The notes: generated by a model from the sequence alone, not told the origin. Numbered from the stretch's first letter, positions 34,029 through 44,217 are shown. The stretch: 48,549 bases of DNA from an uncultured Enterobacteriaceae bacterium (GCA_964543155.1 CAZIXQ010000002.1:1-48549); one strand, 5' to 3'. Program-made: numbers and translations.

Positions 34029-34709
34029 ATGACGCCCGACGAGGTCAAGACTTGGCGCACGGCGCTCCGCGCGCAGCTGATCGAAGCGCGCAACGCGCTG
34101 GACGCCGAGACGCTGAGGCGCCATCGCGAGCGAATCGACCGGCATCTCGAGCGCGGGTTCCCCGGCCTCGCGCGCGGCGTGTTCGCGTTCTGCTGGCCCT
34201 ACAAGGGGGAGTACGACGCGCGCTTCCTCGCGCGCGGCCTGCGCGCGCGCGGCGCGACTACTGCGCTGCCGGTCGTGGTCGCTCCCAGGTCGCCGCTCGT
34301 CTTCCGCGAGTGGCATCCGGGCGTGACGCTCGTCGCGGGCGTCCTCGGGATTCCCTATCCGGCCGACAGCCGCGAGGTCGCGCCCGACGCGGTCGTGGTG
34401 CCGCTGGTCGGCTTCGATGATGCGGGCTATCGGCTTGGCTACGGCGGCGGTTACTTCGACCGCACGCTTGCAGCGCTCGCCCGCAAGCCGGTGGTGATCG
34501 GCGTCGCGTACGAGGGCGCGCATCTCGAGACGATTCATCCGCAGCCCCACGACATCCCGATGGACTGGATCGTCACCGAGCGCGGCGTGTACCGCCGCGA
34601 CGGCGGAAAGCTCGAATTCCTTGGCGCACCGCTGGCGGGCGAGCCGAGCGCGCTCAGCTCGCCGGCGTGCAACGCCGGCGAGCTCGAGCCGAAGTACTTC
34701 GGGAGCTGA
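34029..34709 (+). CDS. 5-formyltetrahydrofolate cyclo-ligase with a ~40-aa C-terminal extension
   Basis: WR..LRAQLIEAR, VVVPLVGFDDAGYRLGYGGGYFDRTL and HDIPMDWIVTE match the 5-FCL family. Confidence 0.87.
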   Translation: MTPDEVKTWRTALRAQLIEARNALDAETLRRHRERIDRHLERGFPGLARGVFAFCWPYKGEYDARFLARGLRARGATTALPVVVAPRSPLVFREWHPGVTLVAGVLGIPYPADSREVAPDAVVVPLVGFDDAGYRLGYGGGYFDRTLAALARKPVVIGVAYEGAHLETIHPQPHDIPMDWIVTERGVYRRDGGKLEFLGAPLAGEPSALSSPACNAGELEPKYFGS

Positions 34710-34716
34710 CCCGGCG

Positions 34717-36228
34717 CTAACCGAGGAACAGGCGGTAGGACGGGTTGCGCGACTCGTCGACGTACGGGTAGCCGAGCTTGCGCAGGAAGCCGCGGAACTC
34801 GCGCATCTCCTGCGGCGGCACCTGCATGCCCACGAGCACGCGCCCGTAGTCGGCCCCCTGGTTGCGGTAGTGGAACAGGCTGATGTTCCAGTCCGAGCGC
34901 ATGTTCGACAGGAAGCGCATCAGTGCGCCCGGGCGCTCGGGGAACTCGAAGCGATAGAGGAGCTCGTTGTGAGCGCGCGCCGAGTGGCCGCCGACGAGGT
35001 GGCGCACGTGCTCCTTCGCCATCTCGTTGTCCGACAGGTCGAGCGTGCGCAGCCCGTGCCGGTCGAGGTTGCGCACGATGCGCGCGGTTTCCTCGCGGTT
35101 GTGCACCTCGACGCCGACGAAGATGTGCGCGTCCTTCGAATCGGCGATGCGGTAGTTGAACTCGGTGATGTTGCGCGCCCCGAGCGTGGCGCAGAACTTC
35201 TTGAAGCTGCCGGGGCGCTCGGGGATCGTCACCGCGAGGATCGCCTCGCGGTGCTCCCCGACCTCGGCGCGCTCGGCGACGAAGCGCAGGCGGTCGAAGT
35301 TGGTGTTCGCGCCGCAGGCGATCGCCACGAGCTTGCGGTCGCGCAGGTGCGTGCGCTCCACGTAGCGCTTCGCGCCGGCGATCGAGAGCGCGCCCGCCGG
35401 CTCGAGGATCGAGCGCGTGTCCTCGAACACGTCCTTGATCGCCGCGCAGATCTCGTCGGTGCCGACGACGATGATGTCGTCGACGAGCTCGCGCGCGAGG
35501 CGGAAGGTCTCCTTGCCCACCTGCTTCACCGCAACCCCGTCGGCGAAAAGACCCACGTGCGGCAGGACGACGCGCCGGCCGCTCTCGATCGAGCGCTTCA
35601 TCGCGTCGGAGTCCACCGGCTGCACGCCGATCACCTTGATCCCGGGCTGAAGGCGCTTCACGTACGAGGCGATTCCGGACACCAGGCCGCCGCCGCCGAT
35701 CGCGACGAAGATGGCGTGGATCGGCCGCGTCGACTGGCGCAGGATCTCCATGCCGATCGTGCCCTGCCCGGCGATGACGTCGGGGTCGTCGAACGGATGG
35801 ACGAACGCGAGCTTCAGGCGCCGCTCGAGCCTGCGCGCGTGCTCGCGCGCATCGCTGTAGGAATCGCCCTGGAGCACGACTTCCGCGCCGCGGGCGGCGA
35901 CCGCCTCGACCTTGATGCGCGGCGTGGTCACGGGCATCACGATGACCGCGCGGCAGCCGAGCTTCTGCGCCGCGAGTGCCACGCCCTGCGCGTGGTTGCC
36001 GGCGGACGCCGCGATCACCCCCCGCCGGAGCGCGAGCGCCGGCAGGTTCGCCATCTTGTTGTACGCCCCCCGCAGCTTGAAGGAGAACACCGGCTGCATG
36101 TCCTCGCGCTTGAGCATGACCCGGTTTCCGAGCCGCGCCGACAAATTCGGCGCGAGCTCGAGCGGCGTCTCGATCGCGACGTCGTAGACGCGGGAGTTGA
36201 GGATGCGCGGGAGGTAGTCTATCGGCAC
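34717..36228 (-). CDS. ilvA: Threonine ammonia-lyase, biosynthetic
   Basis: The 503-aa product has KREDMQPVFSFKLRGAYNKM (PLP-binding Lys) and SAGNHAQGVALAA, with two C-terminal ACT-like regulatory repeats. Confidence 0.94.
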   Translation of the reverse strand: MPIDYLPRILNSRVYDVAIETPLELAPNLSARLGNRVMLKREDMQPVFSFKLRGAYNKMANLPALALRRGVIAASAGNHAQGVALAAQKLGCRAVIVMPVTTPRIKVEAVAARGAEVVLQGDSYSDAREHARRLERRLKLAFVHPFDDPDVIAGQGTIGMEILRQSTRPIHAIFVAIGGGGLVSGIASYVKRLQPGIKVIGVQPVDSDAMKRSIESGRRVVLPHVGLFADGVAVKQVGKETFRLARELVDDIIVVGTDEICAAIKDVFEDTRSILEPAGALSIAGAKRYVERTHLRDRKLVAIACGANTNFDRLRFVAERAEVGEHREAILAVTIPERPGSFKKFCATLGARNITEFNYRIADSKDAHIFVGVEVHNREETARIVRNLDRHGLRTLDLSDNEMAKEHVRHLVGGHSARAHNELLYRFEFPERPGALMRFLSNMRSDWNISLFHYRNQGADYGRVLVGMQVPPQEMREFRGFLRKLGYPYVDESRNPSYRLFLG

Positions 36229-36383
36229 GGCGGAGCGCTTATCGCAGCGCAGGAAGGGCGCTACTCTAAGCTGAAACGTTTCCCCGAGGCAAAGTCGGCG
36301 CGTTCGAAACGCGTTGGACAGGCGGGCGCCTTGCGCTGCGCCTTCGGCGCCGGTAGCGTGGCGGGCTTTCCGCCCCGCCCCCC

Positions 36384-36800
36384 GTGGATCCCGCCAGCCT
36401 GATCGGCCCCGAAGCGAGCCTCTGGTCGCTCGCGGCCGCCGCCTTCCTCGCGGCGACGCTGCTGCCGATGAGCTCGGAGGTCGCGCTGTTCGCCGTGCTC
36501 AAGGTGCATCCGCACCTCTTCTGGCCGGCGATCGGCGTTGCGACGACGGCGAACACGCTCGGCGGGATGACCTCCTACCTCGTCGGGCGCTTCCTCGCGA
36601 CGCGCAGGCCGTTGAGGCACGTCGAGGCACTGGAGCGCTGGGGCCCTGCCGCGCTGCTCCTCGCGTGGGCGCCGCTCGTCGGCGACGCGCTCTGCGTCGC
36701 CGCCGGCTGGCTCAAGCTGAACTGGATTGCCGCAGCCGCGTTCCAGGCGCTCGGCCGCGCCGCGCGCTACGTGCTCGTCGCGCAGGGCGCGGCACTGTAG
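36384..36800 (+). CDS. YqaA/DedA-related small membrane protein
   Basis: GTG start. The 138-aa hydrophobic product carries LLPMSSEVALFAVL and PLVGDALCVAAGWL. Confidence 0.78.
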   Translation: MDPASLIGPEASLWSLAAAAFLAATLLPMSSEVALFAVLKVHPHLFWPAIGVATTANTLGGMTSYLVGRFLATRRPLRHVEALERWGPAALLLAWAPLVGDALCVAAGWLKLNWIAAAAFQALGRAARYVLVAQGAAL

Positions 36801-36813
36801 GCCGCGCGCCGCG

Positions 36814-37689
36814 TCAGGACGCGCGCGTCCGCGCCGCGGTCCAGTTGACCTTCGCGCCGCCCTGCGTGGCGGTCGTGCCGTCCATCCTGTCCCCCGCCGC
36901 GCGCCCGGTGAACTGACGCTTCACCCCGTTGCCGTCGACGAACGCGAACGCGACATCGGCGCCGCGCAGCCGGGTCTCGGTGAGGGGGTAGGACTTGCCG
37001 TCGAGCCGCGCGGTACCCGAGAGCTTCTGGAAGGTCTGCTTGAGCGAGACCTGCCACTTCTGATCGCCGTTGCCCGCCGGCACCGACAGCGCCCAGTCGC
37101 CCTGCACCTTCGCGGGGACGATCCAGAGGAAGGCGTCGCGCCCCTCGACGGTCGCGGTCTGGTCGGGCTCCCAATCCTCCATCGTGAATGCGTGCGACAC
37201 GATCCGCGTGCCCGGGCGCAGGTCGAGGATCTTCGGCCGCAGCTTGATGTTCAGCGCCGGCAGCAGGTACATCGTGATGACGGTCGCCTTGCTGAAGTCG
37301 GTCTCGAAGATGTCCGCCTTGATGAACTTCGCCTTGTCCGAGACGCCGGCCTTCTCGGCGGCCTTCACCGAGATCGCGACCATGTCGGGGTTGTACTCGA
37401 TGCCCAGGGCGGTCGCGCCGAACTTCTGCGCCGCCGCGATGACGGTGCGGCCGTCGCCCGAGCCGAGGTCGATGACGTAGTCGCGCGAAGTCACGTTCGC
37501 CATCCGCAGCATGCGCTCGACCAGCGCCTCCGGCGTCGGCACCCAGACCACGTCCTTGCCGGCCTGCCCCACCTGCGGCTGGTACTCGTCCTTCTTGTCC
37601 GCCGCGGCCTGCGCAGCCGCCGGGCCCTGCACAGCGATCAACGACACTGCGGCGGCGAACGCGGCCGCTGCCTTCCACCGACTTCTCAC
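36814..37689 (-). CDS. Class I SAM-dependent methyltransferase with an N-terminal signal peptide/anchor and a C-terminal beta-rich domain
   Basis: GTG follows AAAGGAGA. The hydrophobic N-terminus is RSRWKAAAAFAAAVSLIAVQGPAAAQA. SAM motif I is YVIDLGSGDGRTVIAAA, followed by GIEYNPDMV and KADIFETD. The gene occupies the 3' part of ORF 36814..39000. Confidence 0.82.
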   Translation of the reverse strand: MRSRWKAAAAFAAAVSLIAVQGPAAAQAAADKKDEYQPQVGQAGKDVVWVPTPEALVERMLRMANVTSRDYVIDLGSGDGRTVIAAAQKFGATALGIEYNPDMVAISVKAAEKAGVSDKAKFIKADIFETDFSKATVITMYLLPALNIKLRPKILDLRPGTRIVSHAFTMEDWEPDQTATVEGRDAFLWIVPAKVQGDWALSVPAGNGDQKWQVSLKQTFQKLSGTARLDGKSYPLTETRLRGADVAFAFVDGNGVKRQFTGRAAGDRMDGTTATQGGAKVNWTAARTRAS

Positions 37690-37712
37690 GGGACGATCTC
37701 CTTTGCTGGTGA

Positions 37713-39914
37713 CTACGCCGCCTGCAGCTTGGCGTACTCGAGCTGCAGCCACTTCATGCCCTGCGGCCCGAAGTTGATCTGCACGCGCGCGTCGGTGCCG
37801 CTGCCTTCGGCATTGACGATGACGCCCTGACCGAACTTCGCGTGCACGACGCTCTGGCCGATGCGGAACGGGAGGTTCGGCGCGCCCCCGCCCGAGTCCT
37901 TGCGGTAGCGCGCCGGCGCCGGTGCCGCAGCCCACGCGCTGTCCGGGACGACCGGCCGGCCGCGCGGCGTGAGCCATTTCATCACGCCGGCGGGAATCTC
38001 GTCGAGAAACCGGCTCGAGACGTTGTAGCGCGTCTGGCCGTGCAGGAGGCGCGTCTGCGCGAAGCTCAGGTACAGGCGCGTGCGCGCGCGCGTGATCGCC
38101 ACGTACATGAGCCGGCGTTCCTCCTCGAGACCGTCCTGCTCGGCGACGCTCTGCTCGTGCGGGAAGAGCCCCTCTTCCAGGCCGGTGATGAACACGGCGT
38201 GGAACTCGAGGCCTTTCGCCGAATGGACGGTCATGAGCTGGATCGCGTCGGTGCCCTCGGCCGCCTGATTCTCGCCCGACTCGAGTGCGGCGTGCGCGAG
38301 GAACTGGCCGAGCGGATCGGGGGCGGGCGACTGCGCGGGATCGGCCGCGACGGTCGCAGCGAGCGATGCAGCATCGCCCTCTTCCTGCGTGAAGGCGGCG
38401 GCCGCGTTCACGAGCTCCTCGAGGTTCTCGACGCGGTCGGCGCCGTCGCGCTCGGCCTTGTAGTGCTCGACGAGCCCGCTCGCCTGCAGCATGTGCTCCA
38501 CGATCTCGGGCAGCGGCAACCCTCGCGTTCCGGCGCGCAGCGTCTCGATCAGCTTCACGAAGGCGCCGACGGCCGTGCCCGCCTTGCCCGCCAACCGGGG
38601 AACCGCCTGCCAGAGGCTCGTGCCGAGCGCCGCCGCCGCGTCCTGCAGCGCCTCGACCGAGCGCGCGCCGATGCCGCGCGCCGGGAAGTTGACGACGCGC
38701 AGCAGCGCACCGTCGTCCTCGGGGTTGGCGAGCAGGCGCAGGTACGCGAGCGCGTGCTTGATCTCCTGGCGCTCGAAGAAGCGCAGGCCCCCGTACACGC
38801 GATACGGGATCCCCTGGGTGAAGAGCGCGTGCTCGATCACGCGCGACTGCGCGTTCGAGCGGTACAGGATCGCGATGTCGCGCCGCGCGAAGCCCTCGCG
38901 CACGAGGCTCTGCACCTCCTCGGCGAGAAAACTTGCCTCGTACCCGTCGGAGGCGGCCTCGTAGACGCGCAGCGGCTCGCCCTCGCCCGCCGCGGTCCAC
39001 AGGTTCTTCCCCAGGCGCTTGCGATTGTGCGAGATGAGCGCGTTCGCCGCGTCGAGGATGTTGCCGTGCGAGCGGTAGTTCTGCTCGAGCCGGATCACGT
39101 TCTGCACGCGGTACTCGCGCTCGAGGTCGGCCATGTTGCCGACGTTCGCGCCGCGAAAGGCGTAGATCGACTGGTCGTCATCGCCGACCGCGAAGATCGC
39201 GTTCTCCTTCCCCGCGAGCAGCTTGAGCCAGCGGTACTGGAGGCGGTTCGTGTCCTGGAACTCGTCGACCAGGATGTGGCGGAAACGGCCCTGGTAGTGC
39301 GCGCGCAGCAGCTCGTTGCGCTGGAGCAGCTCGAAGCAGCGCAGGAGCAGCTCCGGGAAATCGACCGCGCCCTCCCGCTGGCACTGCTCGTCGTAGGCGG
39401 CGTAGAGCTCGGCGTGGCGCCGGCTCGTCTCGTCGTGCACCGCGACGTCCTTCGCCCGCAGGCCTTCCTCCTTGCGGTCGTTGATGAACCACTGGACCTG
39501 CTTCGGCGGGTAGCGGTCCTCGTCGACGTTGAGGCTCTTAAGCACCCGCTTCACCGCGCCGAGCTGATCCTGCGAATCGAGGATCTGGAACAGCGGCGGC
39601 AGCCCCGCGTCGCGGTGGTGCGCGCGCAGCATCCGGTTGCACAGGCCGTGGAACGTGCCGATCCACATGCCGCGCGTGCTGATCGGCAGCATCGCCGAGA
39701 TGCGCGCGAGCATCTCGCGCGCCGCCTTGTTCGTGAAGGTGACCGCGAGGAGGTTCGCGGGCGTCGCGTTGCCCGTCTGGATCAGCCACGCGATGCGCGT
39801 CGTGAGGACCCGCGTCTTGCCCGACCCCGCGCCCGCGAGGATCAGCGCATGCTGCTTCGGAAGGGTGACCGCCTGGAGCTGCTCGGGATTGAGGTGGTCG
39901 AGAAGGCTGGACAT
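37713..39914 (-). CDS. uvrD: DNA helicase II (UvrD)
   Basis: The 733-aa product has LNPEQLQAV, Walker A AGAGSGKTRVLT, FTNKAAREM, ILVDEFQDTN, NYRS, TVHSAKGLEF and VAITRAR. Confidence 0.95.
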   Translation of the reverse strand: MSSLLDHLNPEQLQAVTLPKQHALILAGAGSGKTRVLTTRIAWLIQTGNATPANLLAVTFTNKAAREMLARISAMLPISTRGMWIGTFHGLCNRMLRAHHRDAGLPPLFQILDSQDQLGAVKRVLKSLNVDEDRYPPKQVQWFINDRKEEGLRAKDVAVHDETSRRHAELYAAYDEQCQREGAVDFPELLLRCFELLQRNELLRAHYQGRFRHILVDEFQDTNRLQYRWLKLLAGKENAIFAVGDDDQSIYAFRGANVGNMADLEREYRVQNVIRLEQNYRSHGNILDAANALISHNRKRLGKNLWTAAGEGEPLRVYEAASDGYEASFLAEEVQSLVREGFARRDIAILYRSNAQSRVIEHALFTQGIPYRVYGGLRFFERQEIKHALAYLRLLANPEDDGALLRVVNFPARGIGARSVEALQDAAAALGTSLWQAVPRLAGKAGTAVGAFVKLIETLRAGTRGLPLPEIVEHMLQASGLVEHYKAERDGADRVENLEELVNAAAAFTQEEGDAASLAATVAADPAQSPAPDPLGQFLAHAALESGENQAAEGTDAIQLMTVHSAKGLEFHAVFITGLEEGLFPHEQSVAEQDGLEEERRLMYVAITRARTRLYLSFAQTRLLHGQTRYNVSSRFLDEIPAGVMKWLTPRGRPVVPDSAWAAAPAPARYRKDSGGGAPNLPFRIGQSVVHAKFGQGVIVNAEGSGTDARVQINFGPQGMKWLQLEYAKLQAA

Positions 39915-40029
39915 GCCGCGGCGGCGAATCGAGGCGGCGAGTATAGCAGCCGCCCCTCGGGGGGCCCGCCGTGCCCCGGGAGGGCGCCGGGCCGACCCAG
40001 AAAAGTGTCGGGCTGCTGCGACACAGCAG

Positions 40030-40102
40030 ATAGAGGAACTTTTCTACATCAATTAGTTACGTTATGGTTGACGCGTAATATGGTGCGTCGCAGTATAGCG
40101 TC
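40030..40102. promoter_or_regulatory. AT-rich intergenic island (divergent promoter/operator region between uvrD and a hypothetical gene)
   Basis: The stretch ATAGAGGAACTTTTCTACATCAATTAGTTACGTTATGGTTGACGCGTAATATGGTG stands out against the GC-rich background. It contains TTGACG, TAATAT and TATAGC hexamers and an imperfect inverted repeat GTTACG...CGTAAT. The exact -35/-10 pairing is unresolved. Confidence 0.4.
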
Positions 40103-40546
40103 ATGAAGAAGCCATTCCCGATCCCGAACAGGCCTCCGGCAGGGCGCGCCGGCCGCGCCCCGGGCGAGGGCAAGCCTTTGCCGCGGCTGAAGATCCTGCC
40201 CTGGTTCGCCCGCCGTCACGCCGTCCCGCTGGAGCGCGCCGAGGAACTGTGGCGCCAGTCGCTCGCGCTCGCCGATTTCGAGCACGGGGCGGACGCGCGC
40301 ACGCCGGAGTACTGGGCCCACGCGATCCGCGTCCTGCAGCGGCTCCTGCGCTGCGAAGGCGTCGCGCTCGTCGGGGCCGACGAGTTCGAGCAGCCGCTCG
40401 CGCCGCCCGCTGCGCGCTCCGCGGTGCCGCTGATCGACTCGCAGCGCCGCCTCGGCGCCGCGGCATTCGACGCGGCCGAGGCGTTCGTGCACGCCGCGAA
40501 CGAGTACTGGAGCCGCGCGCTGCAGGTCGTCAACGCGCGACGCTGA
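40103..40546 (+). CDS. Hypothetical protein (147 aa)
   Basis: The ATG lies directly after the AT-rich island, and GC3 is high throughout. I recognised no family. Confidence 0.55.
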   Translation: MKKPFPIPNRPPAGRAGRAPGEGKPLPRLKILPWFARRHAVPLERAEELWRQSLALADFEHGADARTPEYWAHAIRVLQRLLRCEGVALVGADEFEQPLAPPAARSAVPLIDSQRRLGAAAFDAAEAFVHAANEYWSRALQVVNARR

Positions 40547-40561
40547 ACGGGCGGCGCGCCG

Positions 40562-41446
40562 CTACTGCGTCACTCGCGGCGCGGAGACGCCGTGCTTGCC
40601 CGCGAGGCTCGCGGCGAGCGCCTCGGCTTCCGCCCGCGAGGGAAGCTGCGCGATGCGAACGTCGTACGCGCGCCGGCCGTCCACCCGCCTGGGTGCGAGC
40701 TCTGCGGCGTAGCCGGCGGCGCGCACGTCCTGGTACACGCGCAGCACTTCGTTCTCCGACTCTGCGCTCGCGAGCACGACTTTCCAGCGGCCGCCGCGGC
40801 GCGCCGCACCCGCACCGGCCGCGATCTCCGTCTCCGTCGCCCACTGCTGGAGCTGCTCGGGCTTGACCGGCTGCACCGGCAGCGGGGGCTGGCCGCGCGG
40901 CGCGATGAAGAACGAGAGCGGCTGGTCCATCGTCAGGGGCGGATCGCCCGCACGGGCCACCTCGATCCGGCCCTCGATCAGGCACACGATGTCGCGGTCG
41001 GCGGCGGCCTTGCCCCAGAGGTCGGTGCCGCGGATGCCGGCGGTGACCGTGGCGACGCTGATGCTCACCTCGCGCCGGCGCGCCTTGGCCAGGGCGTCGG
41101 TCGTGAAGCGGAACGCGCCGGCGAGCAGGTTCAGGGTCGAGGCGAACACGTTGTCCCTGCGCAGCTGCGCCTGCGCGATCCTGAGCTGCGCGTTCTCGCC
41201 GAGCTTCACGCTGCTCCCTTCGGCGAGCTTGAGGAGCAGGCGCGCGTTCGCGCCGGTGCGCAGGTCGTCGTCCGGCGCGAGCGCCATGCCGGGCGCAAGC
41301 GGCACGCGGCTGCCGCCGCGCTCGACCCACGCGGGCATCTGCACCGCCTCGACCACCGCGGGCGGCGCGGCGCGCCTGGGTTCGTCTGCGGCGTGCACCG
41401 CGGCCGCGGCGGTCGCCAGGACGGCGACGGCGATCAAGCGCTTCAT
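40562..41446 (-). CDS. FecR-domain protein with a C-terminal SPOR (peptidoglycan-binding) domain, exported
   Basis: The signal peptide is MKRLIAVAVLATAAAAVHA. The FecR-like segment is LRTGANARLLLKLAEGSSVKLGENAQL. The SPOR-like tail is WKVVLASAESENEVLRVYQDVRAAGYAAEL...YDVRIAQLPSRAEAEALAASL. Confidence 0.8.
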   Translation of the reverse strand: MKRLIAVAVLATAAAAVHAADEPRRAAPPAVVEAVQMPAWVERGGSRVPLAPGMALAPDDDLRTGANARLLLKLAEGSSVKLGENAQLRIAQAQLRRDNVFASTLNLLAGAFRFTTDALAKARRREVSISVATVTAGIRGTDLWGKAAADRDIVCLIEGRIEVARAGDPPLTMDQPLSFFIAPRGQPPLPVQPVKPEQLQQWATETEIAAGAGAARRGGRWKVVLASAESENEVLRVYQDVRAAGYAAELAPRRVDGRRAYDVRIAQLPSRAEAEALAASLAGKHGVSAPRVTQ

Positions 41447-41529
41447 GCGGGTCTCCTCCCCGGGCTGTCCGGCGATTCTACGAGCGCTCTCCCGCTCCGG
41501 ATGAGGGCGGAGCGGAACTAGTGCACGGC

Positions 41530-41535
41530 TATAAT
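41530..41535 (+). promoter_or_regulatory. Candidate -10 hexamer TATAAT (context GGCTATAATCCCGG) upstream of leuS
   Basis: A perfect -10 consensus lies 20 nt before ATG 41556. A small hairpin GGCCTTtccgAAGGCC follows. Confidence 0.35.
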
Positions 41536-41555
41536 CCCGGCCTTTCCGAAGGCCA

Positions 41556-44213
41556 ATGATCGACGCAATGGAGCCGGTCTACCACCCGGGACGGGTCGAG
41601 CGCGACGCGCAGGCGTTCTGGGACGAGACGCGCGCCTTCCGCGCCGTCGAGGACGCGGACCGGCCGAAGTACTACTGCCTGTCGATGTTCCCCTACCCGT
41701 CGGGCAAGCTCCACATGGGGCACGTGCGCAACTACACGATCGGCGACGTGCTCACGCGCTACTACCGGATGCGCGGGCGCAATGTGCTGCAGCCGATGGG
41801 CTGGGACGCGTTCGGGCTGCCGGCGGAGAACGCCGCGATCGCGAACGGCGTGCCGCCGGCGCAGTGGACCTACGAGAACATCGCCTACATGAAGTCGCAG
41901 CTGCGGTCGCTCGGATTCGCGATCGACTGGGACCGCGAGCTCGCGACCTGCAAGCCGGACTACTACCGCTGGAACCAGTGGCTGTTCCTGCGCATGCTCG
42001 AGAAGGGTATCGCGTACAAGCACACCGGGGTGGTGAACTGGGACCCGGTCGACCAGACCGTGCTCGCCAACGAGCAGGTGATCGACGGCCGCGGCTGGCG
42101 CACCGGCGCGGTGGTCGAGAAGCGCGAGATCCCGATGTACTACCTGCGCATCACGCAGTACGCGGAGGAGCTGCTCGCGGCCCTCGAGCGGCTCCCCGGC
42201 TGGCCCGAGCGCGTGAAGCTGATGCAGGCGAACTGGATCGGCCGCAGCGAGGGCGTCAACTTCGGCTTTCCCTACGAGATCGACGGCGAACGCAAGCTGC
42301 TGCGCGTCTTCACGACGCGCGCCGACACGATCATGGGCGTGACGTTCAACGCGATCGCCGCAGAGCATCCGCTCGCGACCCGGCTCGCGCGCGACGACCC
42401 GAAGCTCGCGGCCTTCATCGCCGAGTGCAAGGCGGGCTCGGTCATGGAGGCCGACCTCGCGACGATGGAGAAGAAGGGCGTTCCCACCGGCTTCTTCTGC
42501 ACGCACCCGCTGACCGGCGAGCCGGTCGAGATCTGGGTCGGCAACTACGTGCTGATGGGCTACGGCGAGGGTGCCGTGATGGGCGTTCCGGCGCACGACG
42601 AGCGCGATTTCGCGTTCGCCAAGAAATACGGGCTTCCGATCAAGCCGGTGATCGCGCTCCCCGGCAAGGTCTACAGCACCGACGAATGGCAGGAGTGGTA
42701 CGCGGACAAGGAGCACGGCACCTGCGTCGGCTCGGGGAAGTACGACGGCCTCAACTACAAGGGCGCGACCGACGCGATCGCCGCCGACCTGAAGGCCAAG
42801 GGCCTGGGAGACAAGCAGGTGCAGTGGCGGCTGCGCGACTGGGGCATCTCGCGCCAGCGCTACTGGGGCACGCCGGTGCCGATCGTGCACTGCGCGGCCT
42901 GCGGGGACGTGCCCGTGCCGGACCGGGATCTGCCCGTGGTGCTGCCCGAGGACTGCGTGCCCGACGGCAGCGGCAATCCGCTCGCCAGGCGCGCCGAGTT
43001 CGTGTCCACGCCGTGCCCGAAGTGCGCCGGCCCCGCGCGGCGCGAGACCGACACGATGGACACGTTCGTCGACTCGTCGTGGTATTTCAGCCGCTTCGCC
43101 AGCGCGGACGCCGCGGGCGCGATGGTGGACGCGCGGGTGAACTACTGGCTGCCGGTCGACCAGTACATCGGCGGCATCGAGCACGCGATCCTGCACCTGC
43201 TCTACGCGCGCTTCTGGTCGAAGGTGATGCGCGATCTCGGCCTGGTGAGCTTCGACGAGCCGTTCGCGAACCTGCTCACGCAGGGGATGGTGCTGAACGA
43301 CATCTTCCAGAGGAAGGGCGACAAGGGCGCAATCACCTACTTCGCGCCCGAGGAGGTCGAGGTTCAGCGCGACGCGGAAGGCCGGATCGTCGGCGCGCGC
43401 GCGCGCTCGGACGGCCAGCCAGTCGAGTACGCCGGCATCGGCACGATGTCGAAATCGAAGAGGAACGGCGTCGATCCCCAGGCGCTGATCGAGAAGTACG
43501 GCGCCGACACCGCGCGCTTCTTCATCATCTTCGCGAGCCCGCCCGAGCAGACGCTGGAGTGGAACGACGCCGGCGTCGAGGGCGCCTCGCGCTTCCTGCG
43601 CCGCGTGTGGGGGCTCGCCTACGAGCTCTGCGCCCTCCTCGGCGCGGAGTCGCAGCGGCGCGCGGGCGCGTACGCGCAGTACCTCTATCCGGCCGATTGG
43701 CCCAGCCGTCACCCCCAGCTCGCCGCCGTGCGCCGCGAGATCCACGCCAACGTGAGGCAGGCGACCTACGACATCGAGCGCCAGCAGTTCAACACCGTCG
43801 CCTCGGCGGCGATGAAGATCTACAACGCGCTGGCGACCGTGCCCCGCGGTCCGGACGCGGCGCCGGCCGCCGCGACCCTGCTGCACGAGGGCTTCTCGAT
43901 CCTTCTGCGCGTGCTCTACCCGATCGCGCCGCACATCGCGCACGCCCTGTGGCGCGGCCTCGGCTATGCCGGCGACCCGATGGGCGCGAGCTGGCCGGAG
44001 GCCGACCCGGCCGCGCTCGAGGCCGACGAGATCGAGCTCGTGCTCCAGGTGAACGGGAAGCTGCGCGGCCACCTGCGCGTCGCCAAGGACGCCGACAGGG
44101 CGGCGATCGAGAAGCTCGCGCTCGGGCACGACGCGGTCGCGAAGCACGCCGAGGGGCGGCCACCGAAGAAGGTGGTCGTGGTGCCGGGACGGCTGGTGAA
44201 CGTGGTAGTCTGA
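41556..44213 (+). CDS. leuS: Leucine--tRNA ligase
   Basis: The HIGH-type motif is [15 protein letters not shown] and the KMSKS motif is [10 protein letters not shown]. The product is 885 aa. The second ATG at 41568 (MEPVYHPG...) matches the usual LeuS N-terminal length and may be the true start. Confidence 0.95.
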   Translation: MIDAMEPVYHPGRVERDAQAFWDETRAFRAVEDADRPKYYCLSMFPYPSGKLHMGHVRNYTIGDVLTRYYRMRGRNVLQPMGWDAFGLPAENAAIANGVPPAQWTYENIAYMKSQLRSLGFAIDWDRELATCKPDYYRWNQWLFLRMLEKGIAYKHTGVVNWDPVDQTVLANEQVIDGRGWRTGAVVEKREIPMYYLRITQYAEELLAALERLPGWPERVKLMQANWIGRSEGVNFGFPYEIDGERKLLRVFTTRADTIMGVTFNAIAAEHPLATRLARDDPKLAAFIAECKAGSVMEADLATMEKKGVPTGFFCTHPLTGEPVEIWVGNYVLMGYGEGAVMGVPAHDERDFAFAKKYGLPIKPVIALPGKVYSTDEWQEWYADKEHGTCVGSGKYDGLNYKGATDAIAADLKAKGLGDKQVQWRLRDWGISRQRYWGTPVPIVHCAACGDVPVPDRDLPVVLPEDCVPDGSGNPLARRAEFVSTPCPKCAGPARRETDTMDTFVDSSWYFSRFASADAAGAMVDARVNYWLPVDQYIGGIEHAILHLLYARFWSKVMRDLGLVSFDEPFANLLTQGMVLNDIFQRKGDKGAITYFAPEEVEVQRDAEGRIVGARARSDGQPVEYAGIGTMSKSKRNGVDPQALIEKYGADTARFFIIFASPPEQTLEWNDAGVEGASRFLRRVWGLAYELCALLGAESQRRAGAYAQYLYPADWPSRHPQLAAVRREIHANVRQATYDIERQQFNTVASAAMKIYNALATVPRGPDAAPAAATLLHEGFSILLRVLYPIAPHIAHALWRGLGYAGDPMGASWPEADPAALEADEIELVLQVNGKLRGHLRVAKDADRAAIEKLALGHDAVAKHAEGRPPKKVVVVPGRLVNVVV

Positions 44214-44217
44214 GCGC

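Noticed and set aside
36814-39914. The helicase and methyltransferase pair as a defence or restriction-like module.
   Set aside because: The helicase is a full-length housekeeping UvrD with all SF1 motifs in the normal order. The methyltransferase has a signal peptide and a small-molecule/protein-type class I fold with no DNA-MTase motifs (no DPPY/NPPY or PC motif). No nuclease is nearby.
40013-40029. A possible LexA (SOS) box upstream of uvrD.
   Set aside because: The palindrome CTGCTGCGACACAGCAG does not fit the proteobacterial CTGT-N8-ACAG spacing, so I cannot call it an SOS box. It is kept only as an unexplained inverted repeat.
37842-40106. A 754-aa plus-strand ORF opposite uvrD.
   Set aside because: It is a shadow ORF antisense to a canonical UvrD helicase and has no domain signatures.
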